Assembly (NCBI GenBank): GCA_038279365.1
Contig: JAYODI010000008.1
Location: forward strand, 1 to 64,000
Source: Candidatus Latescibacterota bacterium
Lineage (GTDB): Bacteria; Latescibacterota; UBA2968
Direction of reading: 5' to 3'
Length of the DNA: 64,000 nucleotides
A model generated the notes under the pieces. It worked only from the letters and a program-made list of their open reading frames with translations. It was not told the DNA's origin and searched no databases. The translations under genes and the position numbers were made by a program. Below, piece by piece: positions 19,527 to 28,569 of this stretch; positions within the stretch are counted from its first letter, which is position 1, and the number at the start of each line of letters is the position of its first letter.

Positions 19527-21095
19527 CTACTTGCCTTTTAAAACAGCCACAGGCAAAATGCATTCTTCCAACGATATGCCACCATGTTGAAAGCTATCGG
19601 AATATTTGGCTTGGTATTCGTTAAAATTTGTTGGATAAACAAAAAAATAGTCTTCTTTGCTCAAAATGTAGTTGGTACTTTGACCCACATTTGGCAAACC
19701 ATAGGCTTCGGGGTTCGAAATCATATGGGCATGCCTATCATCACAGCGCAAACTCTTTCCATACTTAAATCGCAACCCTGTCGATGTATCACGGTTGCCA
19801 TGCGCCAAACTGGCACGTTTAGATAAGATACAACCATGGTCGGTGGTAATAATCACGGTCGAGTCGGTTTCTGCAAGGCGGCGCAACATTTCAAACAACG
19901 ACGAATGCAAAAACCAAGAACTTGTCAGTGAGCGATACGCCGAATCATTGGGCGCCATTTCTTGCAAGATTTCAGATTCCGAACGCCCGTGTGTTAAAAA
20001 ATCTAAAAAATTGTATACAACCGACATCAATGGAAAAGAGCGGTAGGAATGTACTTTTTTTGCCATGCGATTGCCTTCGGCAATATCGAGTACTTTCACA
20101 TAACGGGTTTCAATATTGAGCGTGGGATCAATCTCTTCCAACTGGCGGTCCAGCAACTGATGTTCGTGCCGGTTTCTGCTCATATCATCATCACGAGCCG
20201 TCGCCCATTCATCAGGATACAATTTGGCCACATCAATGGGAAACAAACCACTAAAGATGGCATTTCGCGAATAGGGTGTTGCCGTTGGCAAAATAGAATA
20301 GTAATAATTTTGCTCAATGTCGAAAATATCGGACAATACTCTTGAAATGGCAAACCAATGATCCAAACGCATACAATCTATCACAATAAAAAACACCTGC
20401 TCACCGTCTTGTATGCGAGGAGCTACAAATTCTGAAACGATATCAACAGACAAAAGCGGTGAATCTTCTTCTTCATGCACCCAATTTTTGTAATTGGCTT
20501 CCATGTATTTGCCAAAATCCAAATTGCAAGCCCGGCGCAAATCATCGTGCATCATGCGCAAACCAGGGTCTTGATATTGATCCAACTCCAAATCCCATTC
20601 AGACATACGCACATGCAAATCAATCCAATCTTGCCAATGGTTCGCATTCGACAACAAATCTCGCAACCGATTGGATGCAGATGTATACCCAATACCCATT
20701 CTATCTTTTTGGATCTGGCGCGCATCCAATTGTTTCTTACAAGCCATCAAGATTTGGCTGGGGTTCACAGGTTTGGTCAAATAATCATCGATACGCTGCC
20801 CTATCGCATCTTCCATCAAGCGTTCTTCTTCATTTTTGGTGATCATAATCACCGGAATATGTGGGTTGATATCTTTTATTGCTGCAAGTGTAGACAACCC
20901 ATCGCGCCCAGCCATCATTTCATCCAAAAGCACAATATCAAAACTGTGTTTTTGAACCATATCAATGGCATCATCCCCATTGGTTACGGGCGTTACTTCA
21001 TAACCTCGTTCACCCAAAAACATGGCATGAGGACGCAACAAATCAATTTCATCGTCCGCCCATAGTACTTGCTTTTTGACCTCAGATGCATTCAA
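19527..21095 (-). CDS. porX: PorX-like response regulator (receiver + PglZ/alkaline-phosphatase domain)
   Basis: LWADDEIDLL, LLDEMM, ITKNEEE, ILPTATPYSRNAIF, TTDHG and FQHGGISLEE. Confidence 0.85.
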   Translation of the reverse strand: MNASEVKKQVLWADDEIDLLRPHAMFLGERGYEVTPVTNGDDAIDMVQKHSFDIVLLDEMMAGRDGLSTLAAIKDINPHIPVIMITKNEEERLMEDAIGQRIDDYLTKPVNPSQILMACKKQLDARQIQKDRMGIGYTSASNRLRDLLSNANHWQDWIDLHVRMSEWDLELDQYQDPGLRMMHDDLRRACNLDFGKYMEANYKNWVHEEEDSPLLSVDIVSEFVAPRIQDGEQVFFIVIDCMRLDHWFAISRVLSDIFDIEQNYYYSILPTATPYSRNAIFSGLFPIDVAKLYPDEWATARDDDMSRNRHEHQLLDRQLEEIDPTLNIETRYVKVLDIAEGNRMAKKVHSYRSFPLMSVVYNFLDFLTHGRSESEILQEMAPNDSAYRSLTSSWFLHSSLFEMLRRLAETDSTVIITTDHGCILSKRASLAHGNRDTSTGLRFKYGKSLRCDDRHAHMISNPEAYGLPNVGQSTNYILSKEDYFFVYPTNFNEYQAKYSDSFQHGGISLEECILPVAVLKGK

Positions 21096-21120
21096 TTTTT
21101 AGTCTCCCCCGAAAAATAAC

Positions 21121-22470
21121 TTAACTGATGGCCTTCTCATATGGCAAAGATACCACAAAAACAGTTCCTTCACCCGGCATGCTCTCTTTAATATAAATTC
21201 GTCCTTGATGATAATCTTCGATAATGCGCTTAACAAAAGCAAGCCCCAAGCCCCAACCTCGTTTTTTGGTGCTATAACCAGGTATAAATACTTGCTTCAC
21301 CAAATGAGCCGGAATACCCTTGCCATTGTCACTTACCAAAATATCGACCCGCTGATTTTCCTCATCAATCTCCGAAGACACATCAATACGCCCCGCCTTC
21401 CCTTCCATAGCATCTGCGGCATTTTTAAACAGATTCTCAAATGCCCACCCCAATAACTCTCGATTTAAGGGCACCACGGGCAATTGCCCCATCGCCTCCA
21501 CAATTTCAACACCGCGGGGCAATCGGGCGCGCAAATAAGCCACCGTTTCAGCAACAGCTTCTCGCACATCTTGGGGTCTTAATTCGGGCGTAGACCCAAT
21601 GAGACTAAAGCGCGATGTAATTTTATTTAACCGATTGGTATCACGCTCCATTTCGGTTAAAATGTTTTGAAATTTTTTCTTGAGTTCCGCATCATCTAAT
21701 TCTTCAATCTCAGCATTAAACAATGCCATCCATCCATAAATGGAAGACAGCGGTGTGCCCAATTGATGAGCCGTTTCACGTGCCATCCCCACCCAAATAG
21801 AGCGTTGCTCATTGTTTTTGATTTGTCGGAACCCCATATAACCAATAGATATAAAAAGAACCGTCACACCCAACGCAATCAGTGGCAACCAAGAAAGTCG
21901 TTTAACCAAATCTGACTCACCATAGTGCAAATGCCAAATTTCGGGCTCTTTTGTAATGGGTTCACCATTTGCCCCCCATTCAAGCACTGGAGACTCAAAT
22001 GGGATCGGTGCGTTTTCCAAATCGAGTTCCTCTACAATGGCCAAAACTTTCTCGACAACATCTTCATGCGTTGGATTTGTCCAATCTGGCCCAATGGCCT
22101 TCCAATATCTTGGTCTGCCCACAGCATCTGTCAGCACCACAGGAAAGCTGAGATTTGTAATGGTCTCAAAAATGACTTCCTGATAAAATTCATGGCGCAA
22201 ATCGATGGTTTCTGCCGTGCTGATACTGTGCATAAAAGCTTGTAATTTAACCGTGCGATTGGCTTCGTCACGCATTGGGCGCACCACCCAAAAATGGGCA
22301 TAAAACAAAAACACAAGAATGACAATAATCGCCGAAAGAAAGAAATAAGCGCTAAATTGTCGCTGGCTGGCAATTCGAATTCGCCAATCTCCCAACCATA
22401 CACGCACCCGATTTTCAGGTGCCATACCCATCTTTCGACCCCGTTTGAGATCATCTTGCAATGTGGCCAT
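21121..22470 (-). CDS. Membrane sensor histidine kinase
   Basis: Two TM segments, H-box ETAHQLGTPLSS, ENLFKNA, DNGKGI and STKKRGWGLGL. Confidence 0.9.
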   Translation of the reverse strand: MATLQDDLKRGRKMGMAPENRVRVWLGDWRIRIASQRQFSAYFFLSAIIVILVFLFYAHFWVVRPMRDEANRTVKLQAFMHSISTAETIDLRHEFYQEVIFETITNLSFPVVLTDAVGRPRYWKAIGPDWTNPTHEDVVEKVLAIVEELDLENAPIPFESPVLEWGANGEPITKEPEIWHLHYGESDLVKRLSWLPLIALGVTVLFISIGYMGFRQIKNNEQRSIWVGMARETAHQLGTPLSSIYGWMALFNAEIEELDDAELKKKFQNILTEMERDTNRLNKITSRFSLIGSTPELRPQDVREAVAETVAYLRARLPRGVEIVEAMGQLPVVPLNRELLGWAFENLFKNAADAMEGKAGRIDVSSEIDEENQRVDILVSDNGKGIPAHLVKQVFIPGYSTKKRGWGLGLAFVKRIIEDYHQGRIYIKESMPGEGTVFVVSLPYEKAIS

Positions 22471-22508
22471 ATCAAATACGCCTATCGTTTAAATCGCCTG
22501 CCATTGGC

Positions 22509-22526
22509 ATTCAAAGCACATGCCAA
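22509..22526 (-). promoter_or_regulatory. sigma54-like -24/-12 motif upstream of the histidine kinase
   Basis: Minus strand TTGGCATGTGCTTTGAAT (GG-N10-GA variant). Confidence 0.45.
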
Positions 22527-22709
22527 ACTCTGATTTTGGGTCAAAATCAAGGGACAAACCCATACCTACGTAGCTGTTTGCCAAACGTTTGACACGTAAA
22601 TCGGGTTCCATTTCTGTGCAAACACCACCCTACCATTCGCACAATAAGAGGCTGTCAACCTTTATAAATAAGCCTTCTCGACGGATAAAGTCAATGCGGG
22701 AAAAAGAAG

Positions 22710-22738
22710 TTGCAGAAAAACAAGGTTTATGATATATT
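22710..22738 (+). promoter_or_regulatory. sigma70-type promoter of rpsU
   Basis: TTGCAG-17-TATATT with extended -10 TG. Confidence 0.65.
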
Positions 22739-22807
22739 TTTCCATCTGAAATGAATGTTACTAACTCCACTCACGCTGTAAACCGACAGAAAGGGGTGAG
22801 TCCAGGC

Positions 22808-22999
22808 ATGCCTGGTATCATGGTTCGCGACGATGAGCCGTTCGAAAGGGCACTTAAACGGTTCAAAAAAGCTTGCGAAAAAGCTGGCATTATTTCCGAT
22901 ATGAAGAAAAACCAACACTTTGAAAAGCCAAGTGAACGTCGGAAACGCAAAATTGCTGCAGCTAAACGCAAACGCATTAAGATGGATAACTTTAGTTAG
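22808..22999 (+). CDS. rpsU: 30S ribosomal protein S21
   Basis: MPGIMVRDDEPFERALKRFKK...FEKPS. Confidence 0.95.
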   Translation: MPGIMVRDDEPFERALKRFKKACEKAGIISDMKKNQHFEKPSERRKRKIAAAKRKRIKMDNFS

Positions 23000-23021
23000 T
23001 CTGTAATAGAATTGTATATCG

Positions 23022-23059
23022 AAAAAGCGATAATCTCCCAAAGAGGTTATCGCTTTTTT
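23022..23059 (+). terminator. Intrinsic terminator after rpsU
   Basis: AAAAGCGATAATCTC...GAGGTTATCGCTTTTTT. Confidence 0.8.
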
Positions 23060-23082
23060 GGTAACGCTCGCAGGGAGTTGCC

Positions 23083-23706
23083 GTGAACATAGTAGACATC
23101 GTTCTTGCGCTGGGTTTGTTCTGGAGCGCTCGTAAGGGATGGCAAATTGGTCTATTCCAGAGTCTTTTAAGTCTATTGAGCATTGTTTTGGCCTATGGTT
23201 TTGCACTCGCCTATGGGGAATCTGCAGCCCACCAACTCCTTGATACCACTGAAGAATTAGATGGCGGTACAGCTCTTTTAGGTTTTTTAGCCGTCTTTGT
23301 CCTTGTGCTTGTCATTTGTTATTTTGTGGGCAAAGCCATTCACAAAGCTTTATTGGCTTCGCCTTTGGGTGTTTTTGATGCCTTTGGTGGGGGTGCCTTA
23401 GGCCTTGCCAAAGGCCTGTTGATCTTTGGGCTTCTCACCTTGTTTTTTCGTCTTTATCCCATCCACAGCCGCATTCCAATCCTCATAGAGCAATCGGCAT
23501 TGGGAGGTCCCGTACAAAATGCCGCACTGGTCATTGCCGATGCCGCCAAAAAGACCTTCCCCAAAACCAAAATCCTTTTAGATCGTATGGGAATCAATTC
23601 TGAAAAAGCCCCGCCACTGGTCGACAAACTCAACAAAAGCGCAGGTGAAGCCCGCAAAAAAATTGACGAATTAATTGACGAATCACGTGAAAAACTTGGC
23701 CAATGA
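23083..23706 (+). CDS. cvpA: CvpA family membrane protein
   Basis: N-terminal NIVDIV, GWQIG and DAFGGGALGLAKG; sits directly upstream of mutS2. Confidence 0.8.
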   Translation: MNIVDIVLALGLFWSARKGWQIGLFQSLLSLLSIVLAYGFALAYGESAAHQLLDTTEELDGGTALLGFLAVFVLVLVICYFVGKAIHKALLASPLGVFDAFGGGALGLAKGLLIFGLLTLFFRLYPIHSRIPILIEQSALGGPVQNAALVIADAAKKTFPKTKILLDRMGINSEKAPPLVDKLNKSAGEARKKIDELIDESREKLGQ

Positions 23707-23709
23707 CAC

Positions 23710-26091
23710 ATGCATATTTCCAATCACACCCTCATTACCCTCGAATTTGACAAAATACGGCATCACATCTCCGAGCGCTGCGCCTCACCCATTGCCCGTG
23801 CAGACATTGCCCAACTCACCCCAATTTCAGACCCCATCCAGATCGAACATCGTTTGCGCCCCATCTTAGAATGCAACAGCCTCATTGCCTTTGACAGCCC
23901 CATTTCCATTCATCAAATACCTGATATTCGCCGAATTCTCATATCCAGTGCCCCCGAAGGTGCAACGCTCTCTGTCGCAGATCTGCTCCAAGTAAACGAA
24001 ATCCTCATCAACAGCCGCCTCTTACACACCTACCTAGACAGTCGACGCACCAAATATCCCGCGCTTTGGCAAATTATCTCTCCCCTTACACCATTCCCCC
24101 AAATTGAAAAAACTTTAGAATTGGCACTTGACCCCGTTACCCAAACCCTCAAAGACAGCGCCAGCCCCGAACTGCGCAAAATACGGCGCACCATCGAAAA
24201 CACGCGTTCTCGCATTCGCGAACAGGTAGAACGCATCTTGGCCCAACTGCCCGACAATGTGATACAAGATCGCCTCGTAACGGTGCGTGCAGATCGTTTT
24301 GTCATTCCTATTCGCGAAAATCAAAAGCGAAAATTAGAAGGCTTGGTTCATGACCAATCATCCAGTGGCGCCACGCTCTTTGTAGAGCCAATGGCCACAG
24401 TGAGCCTCAACAACGACCTGCGCCAAGCCGAAATGGCCGAACAACGCGAAATCAAGCGCATTCTCACCCAACTCACCGCACAAATTGGCCCCATATCCAA
24501 TACATTGCGTGACAATCTCGAAATTTTATGCCACTTTGATGCCATTTATGCCAAAGCGTCTTTTTCCCGCGACCTAAATGCCACCGAGCCCATTTTCAAC
24601 ACCGAAGGACGCATACACCTTCGCAATGCCCGCCATCCGCTCCTGATATATCGCTTACGCACCGAAGGTTCAACTGAAGAAATCGTCCCACTGAGCCTTA
24701 CGCTGGGCACAGACCACCAAACACTTATTCTAACCGGTCCCAATGCGGGCGGCAAAACCGTTTCACTTAAAACGGTGGGGCTTCTCTCGCTCATGGCCCA
24801 AGCGGGTTTGCCCATTCCTGCCGATGAAAAATCCGAACTGCCTATCTTTTCTGGCATATTTGCCGACATTGGCGACGCACAATCGATTGAAAATGACCTC
24901 AGCACATTTTCTTCACACATGCGCAACCTCATTGACATCGAAAAGATTGCCGATGGCAATGCGCTCATTTTGCTCGATGAAATTGGAGCCAGCACCGACC
25001 CAGACGAAGGCTCTGCTTTGGCCATTGCGCTGCTAAACAGCTTGAATAATCGAGGCTGTCGCACCATTGCAACCACCCACCACGGCGCACTCAAAGCCAT
25101 TGCACACAGCACACCCGGCATGATCAACGGATCCATGGCCTTCGATGCCGAAACCCTACGCCCCACCTTTCATTTGCGCACAGGTATTCCCGGAAGCAGT
25201 TATGCCTTTGAAATAGCCGAGCGGTTGGGCCTTAACCCTGCGCTCATTTCCCATGCACGTGATTTGGTCGGCAGCGATGTGCGCCATGTTGAATCCCTCA
25301 TTCTCGATTTGGATGAAGCCTATGGCCTGCACCTTGAAGCCTTAGAAAAAGCACAAAAAAGCCAAGCAGAGCTCGATGCCTTAAAAGCCGATTTTGAAGC
25401 GCGTCTCAAAGACATTGAACAACGCGAGCGCAATTTGACACAAAATGCCAAAGCCGAAGCCAAACGCATCATCGACGATGCCAAAGCACTGGTTGAACGC
25501 ACGGTGCGAGAAATAAGAGAATCACAGGCCAACCGCGACACCATCAAAGAAGCCCACAAAACCATCGAAAAAGAACAAAAAAAACTTGCAAAACCACCTT
25601 CCCAACCCAAAACATCGCCCACATCTCCCCCCCCAGATACCGACCTCCAGCCTGGTGATCTGGTCTTTAGTCGCACATTTGAGCGTGAAGGCACCCTTAT
25701 TACCCCCCCAAACGCGGGACGTGTGATGGTGCAAATGGACAATCTCAAAATGGAACTCAGCGTTTCAGACCTCGAGCTTCGTCAAAGACCCACACATATT
25801 GAAGAAAAAAGAAAATTTCCCAACCGCATTTCTCCCAAAAACCCCGATGTTCCGCTCGAACTGGACTTACACGGCCACACCTTTGAGCAAGCCGTTGACA
25901 AATTGGATCAATACCTTAGCGATGCCATTTTATCTCACCTGTCTCAAGTGCGTATCAATCATGGCAAAGGCACGGGTGTGTTGCGCCGCAAAATTGGCTC
26001 ACACCTCAAACAACACCCCTCCGTCAAAAACATCTACTCAGCAACACCCGAACAGGGTGATTGGGGCGTCACCATTGTGGATTTCTTTTAA
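23710..26091 (+). CDS. mutS2: MutS2 family ATPase with C-terminal Smr domain
   Basis: LEFDKI, SSSGATLFVEP, TGPNAGGKT, DIGDAQSIENDLSTFS and LDLHG..HGKGTG. Confidence 0.95.
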   Translation: MHISNHTLITLEFDKIRHHISERCASPIARADIAQLTPISDPIQIEHRLRPILECNSLIAFDSPISIHQIPDIRRILISSAPEGATLSVADLLQVNEILINSRLLHTYLDSRRTKYPALWQIISPLTPFPQIEKTLELALDPVTQTLKDSASPELRKIRRTIENTRSRIREQVERILAQLPDNVIQDRLVTVRADRFVIPIRENQKRKLEGLVHDQSSSGATLFVEPMATVSLNNDLRQAEMAEQREIKRILTQLTAQIGPISNTLRDNLEILCHFDAIYAKASFSRDLNATEPIFNTEGRIHLRNARHPLLIYRLRTEGSTEEIVPLSLTLGTDHQTLILTGPNAGGKTVSLKTVGLLSLMAQAGLPIPADEKSELPIFSGIFADIGDAQSIENDLSTFSSHMRNLIDIEKIADGNALILLDEIGASTDPDEGSALAIALLNSLNNRGCRTIATTHHGALKAIAHSTPGMINGSMAFDAETLRPTFHLRTGIPGSSYAFEIAERLGLNPALISHARDLVGSDVRHVESLILDLDEAYGLHLEALEKAQKSQAELDALKADFEARLKDIEQRERNLTQNAKAEAKRIIDDAKALVERTVREIRESQANRDTIKEAHKTIEKEQKKLAKPPSQPKTSPTSPPPDTDLQPGDLVFSRTFEREGTLITPPNAGRVMVQMDNLKMELSVSDLELRQRPTHIEEKRKFPNRISPKNPDVPLELDLHGHTFEQAVDKLDQYLSDAILSHLSQVRINHGKGTGVLRRKIGSHLKQHPSVKNIYSATPEQGDWGVTIVDFF

Positions 26092-26221
26092 TCCTTAAAA
26101 CATGCCTTATGCCATTTTCTCACCACCTCATAGAAAGCCTTGAAACCTTGCTTAATTGCACTTTAACATGTATTTTTGCATCATATCATTCAAAGCCCAC
26201 AGCTCTCATTTAGGATGTCTC

Positions 26222-28156
26222 ATGGCCCAAGTTATTTCCGATCTGATGGTCCAAGCTGACAAATACTGCAATTCTCTCACAGAATATTCTCGCTTTCAGA
26301 CCCGTGAAGTCTACATTGGTGATGTGCCCTTGGGGGGCAACAATCCCATTCGCGTACAATCGATGACCACAACAGATACCATGGATACCGAAGGAACTGT
26401 GGCGCAGTCTATTCGCATGATTGAAGCAGGATGTGAATATGTGCGCATCACTGCGCCCAGCAAAAACGAAGCGGCCAACCTCGAAAACATCAAACGCGAA
26501 TTGCGATCACGGGGTTATCATGCCCCCCTGGTTGCCGACATCCACTATACACCCAATGCCGCAGAAATTGCCGCCCGCATTGTCGAAAAGGTGCGCGTTA
26601 ACCCTGGCAATTACGCCGATAAGAAAAAATTTCAAATCATCGAATACTCCGACGCACAATACACAGAAGAACTCGACCGCATTCGCCAAAAATTCACCCC
26701 ACTGGTCAACATCTGCAAAGAATATGGCACAGCCATGCGCATTGGCACCAACCACGGCTCTCTCTCTGACCGCATTATGAGCCGATATGGTGACACACCG
26801 CTTGGCATGGTCGAATCTGCATTGGAGTTTGCCCGAATCTGTGAAGACTTAGATTATCACAATCTTGTCTTCTCCATGAAGGCCAGCAATCCACAAGTGA
26901 TGGTGCAAGCCTATCGCCTCCTCGTTCACAAAATGCTTGCCGAAAACATGAACTATCCTCTGCATCTTGGTGTCACCGAAGCAGGCGACGGTGAAGATGG
27001 GCGCATCAAATCTGCCGTGGGCATTGGCACCCTCTTAGAAGACGGCCTCGGTGATACCATCCGCGTATCTCTCACCGAAGAACCCGAAGCTGAAATTCCT
27101 GTGGCGCAAGCCCTTGTTGCCCGTTACAGCAATCGCCACGATCACGCCCCCATTCCACCGATTAAAAACAATCCGATTGATCCATTTTCATATACACGCA
27201 GAGAAACTTCTCTCACGGACAAACTTGGTGGCAACCAAGTGCCCATCGTCATCGCCACCCCCCAAACACCGATCACACCCGCATCGCTCAAACCATTTGG
27301 ATACACCTATGACGCCACACTGGATAAATGGCATATTGGCGATATGGCCGTTGACTACGTTTATGTAGGCGATCAATCCTTAAACTTTGAACTGCCTGGC
27401 ACCCTTCAAGTCATACAAAATGCATCCGCCTGGGAAAAGAACCCTATTGGGCTTCCATTGTTTTCAACCCAAACGTATCAAACAGCTTTAAACAAGTCTG
27501 AACACATCAATTTCATGCAAGTTCAACCACCAGAGATAAATACATGTCTCATTGAAAGCATAACACAAGATCCCACAGCCGTCCTCATCTTATCCACAAC
27601 CAACACACACGCCATGCCAGAATTGCGCCGCGCTTTCTTTTTGTTGGCCGAATACAACTGTAAAAACCCCGTTGTTATTCACAGCACCTATATGCAAACC
27701 GATGACGCCTTTATGCTCTATGCTGCCACAGATGCTGGAGCCTTATTTACCGATGGATTGGGTGACGGCATTTGGCTCGAATCGCCTCATACCGATGCCA
27801 ACATCATCAACCGAACAGCTTTTGGCATTTTGCAAGCCACACGCACACGCATCTCCAAAACCGAATACATTTCATGCCCATCGTGTGGGCGCACGCTCTT
27901 TGATCTTCAAGAAACCACGGCACTGATTCGCAACCGCACCACGCATCTCAAAGGCGTCAAAATTGGCATTATGGGTTGTATTGTCAATGGCCCCGGTGAA
28001 ATGGCCGATGCCGACTATGGGTATGTGGGCAGTGGCCCCGGAAAAATCACCCTCTACAAAGGTAAAGAAGTCATCAAACGCAACATTCCCACCCAAGGTG
28101 CCGTTGACGAATTGATCAACCTCATTCGCGATGGCGGTGATTGGGTCGATCCCTAA
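26222..28156 (+). CDS. ispG: (E)-4-hydroxy-3-methylbut-2-enyl-diphosphate synthase, long three-domain form
   Basis: PIRVQSMT, ADIH, RVNPGN, HLGVTEAG, SCPSCGRT and MGCIVNGPGE. Confidence 0.95.
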   Translation: MAQVISDLMVQADKYCNSLTEYSRFQTREVYIGDVPLGGNNPIRVQSMTTTDTMDTEGTVAQSIRMIEAGCEYVRITAPSKNEAANLENIKRELRSRGYHAPLVADIHYTPNAAEIAARIVEKVRVNPGNYADKKKFQIIEYSDAQYTEELDRIRQKFTPLVNICKEYGTAMRIGTNHGSLSDRIMSRYGDTPLGMVESALEFARICEDLDYHNLVFSMKASNPQVMVQAYRLLVHKMLAENMNYPLHLGVTEAGDGEDGRIKSAVGIGTLLEDGLGDTIRVSLTEEPEAEIPVAQALVARYSNRHDHAPIPPIKNNPIDPFSYTRRETSLTDKLGGNQVPIVIATPQTPITPASLKPFGYTYDATLDKWHIGDMAVDYVYVGDQSLNFELPGTLQVIQNASAWEKNPIGLPLFSTQTYQTALNKSEHINFMQVQPPEINTCLIESITQDPTAVLILSTTNTHAMPELRRAFFLLAEYNCKNPVVIHSTYMQTDDAFMLYAATDAGALFTDGLGDGIWLESPHTDANIINRTAFGILQATRTRISKTEYISCPSCGRTLFDLQETTALIRNRTTHLKGVKIGIMGCIVNGPGEMADADYGYVGSGPGKITLYKGKEVIKRNIPTQGAVDELINLIRDGGDWVDP

Positions 28157-28176
28157 TCGAGCGCCAAATTGAATAA

Positions 28177-28212
28177 CAAAAAAGGTTACGCCCCATCGGC
28201 GTAACCTTTTTT
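28177..28212. terminator. Bidirectional intrinsic terminator after ispG
   Basis: AAAAAGGTTACGCC-CCATC-GGCGTAACCTTTTTT. Confidence 0.85.
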
Positions 28213-28252
28213 AAATTTCACACAACCCATCTCATATTTTACACCTCTACCT

Positions 28253-28351
28253 TTAATCCAATCCCAAATATGGAATACCCGTTTCTATGAGAAATTGCTT
28301 GGCCATTGTGGACTTCCCAACTCTGGGCGATCCTCCTATGAGATAGAGCAT
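28253..28351 (-). pseudogene. Truncated remnant of a P-loop kinase (AAA_33/nucleotide-kinase-like) gene
   Basis: Manual translation: MLYLIGGSPRVGKSTMAKQFLIETGIPYLGLD*. Walker A motif followed by an early stop. Confidence 0.6.
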
Positions 28352-28569
28352 ATGTACCCTTTATAGATCAAACATCATCAAGTGGTTATTCATTGCTAAA
28401 TCTGTAATACCGACTTGCAAATCAGGCAATTCTTGACCATATTAGAATAGTCATTTATTGGTTTTTTATCTCTCCAAATTTAGCATTTTACATTTCCAAT
28501 TTTACACCTTACATTCCTTTCTCCCACGCAACAACACCGGTTTCGTCTCCTATAAAAAAGTGATACTCC

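Noticed and set aside
24030..25748. Long antisense and alternate-frame ORFs (e.g. 24546-25166; also 33217-33855, 46712-47332, 51047-52326)
   Set aside because: They are shadows of well-supported genes and carry no domain motifs.
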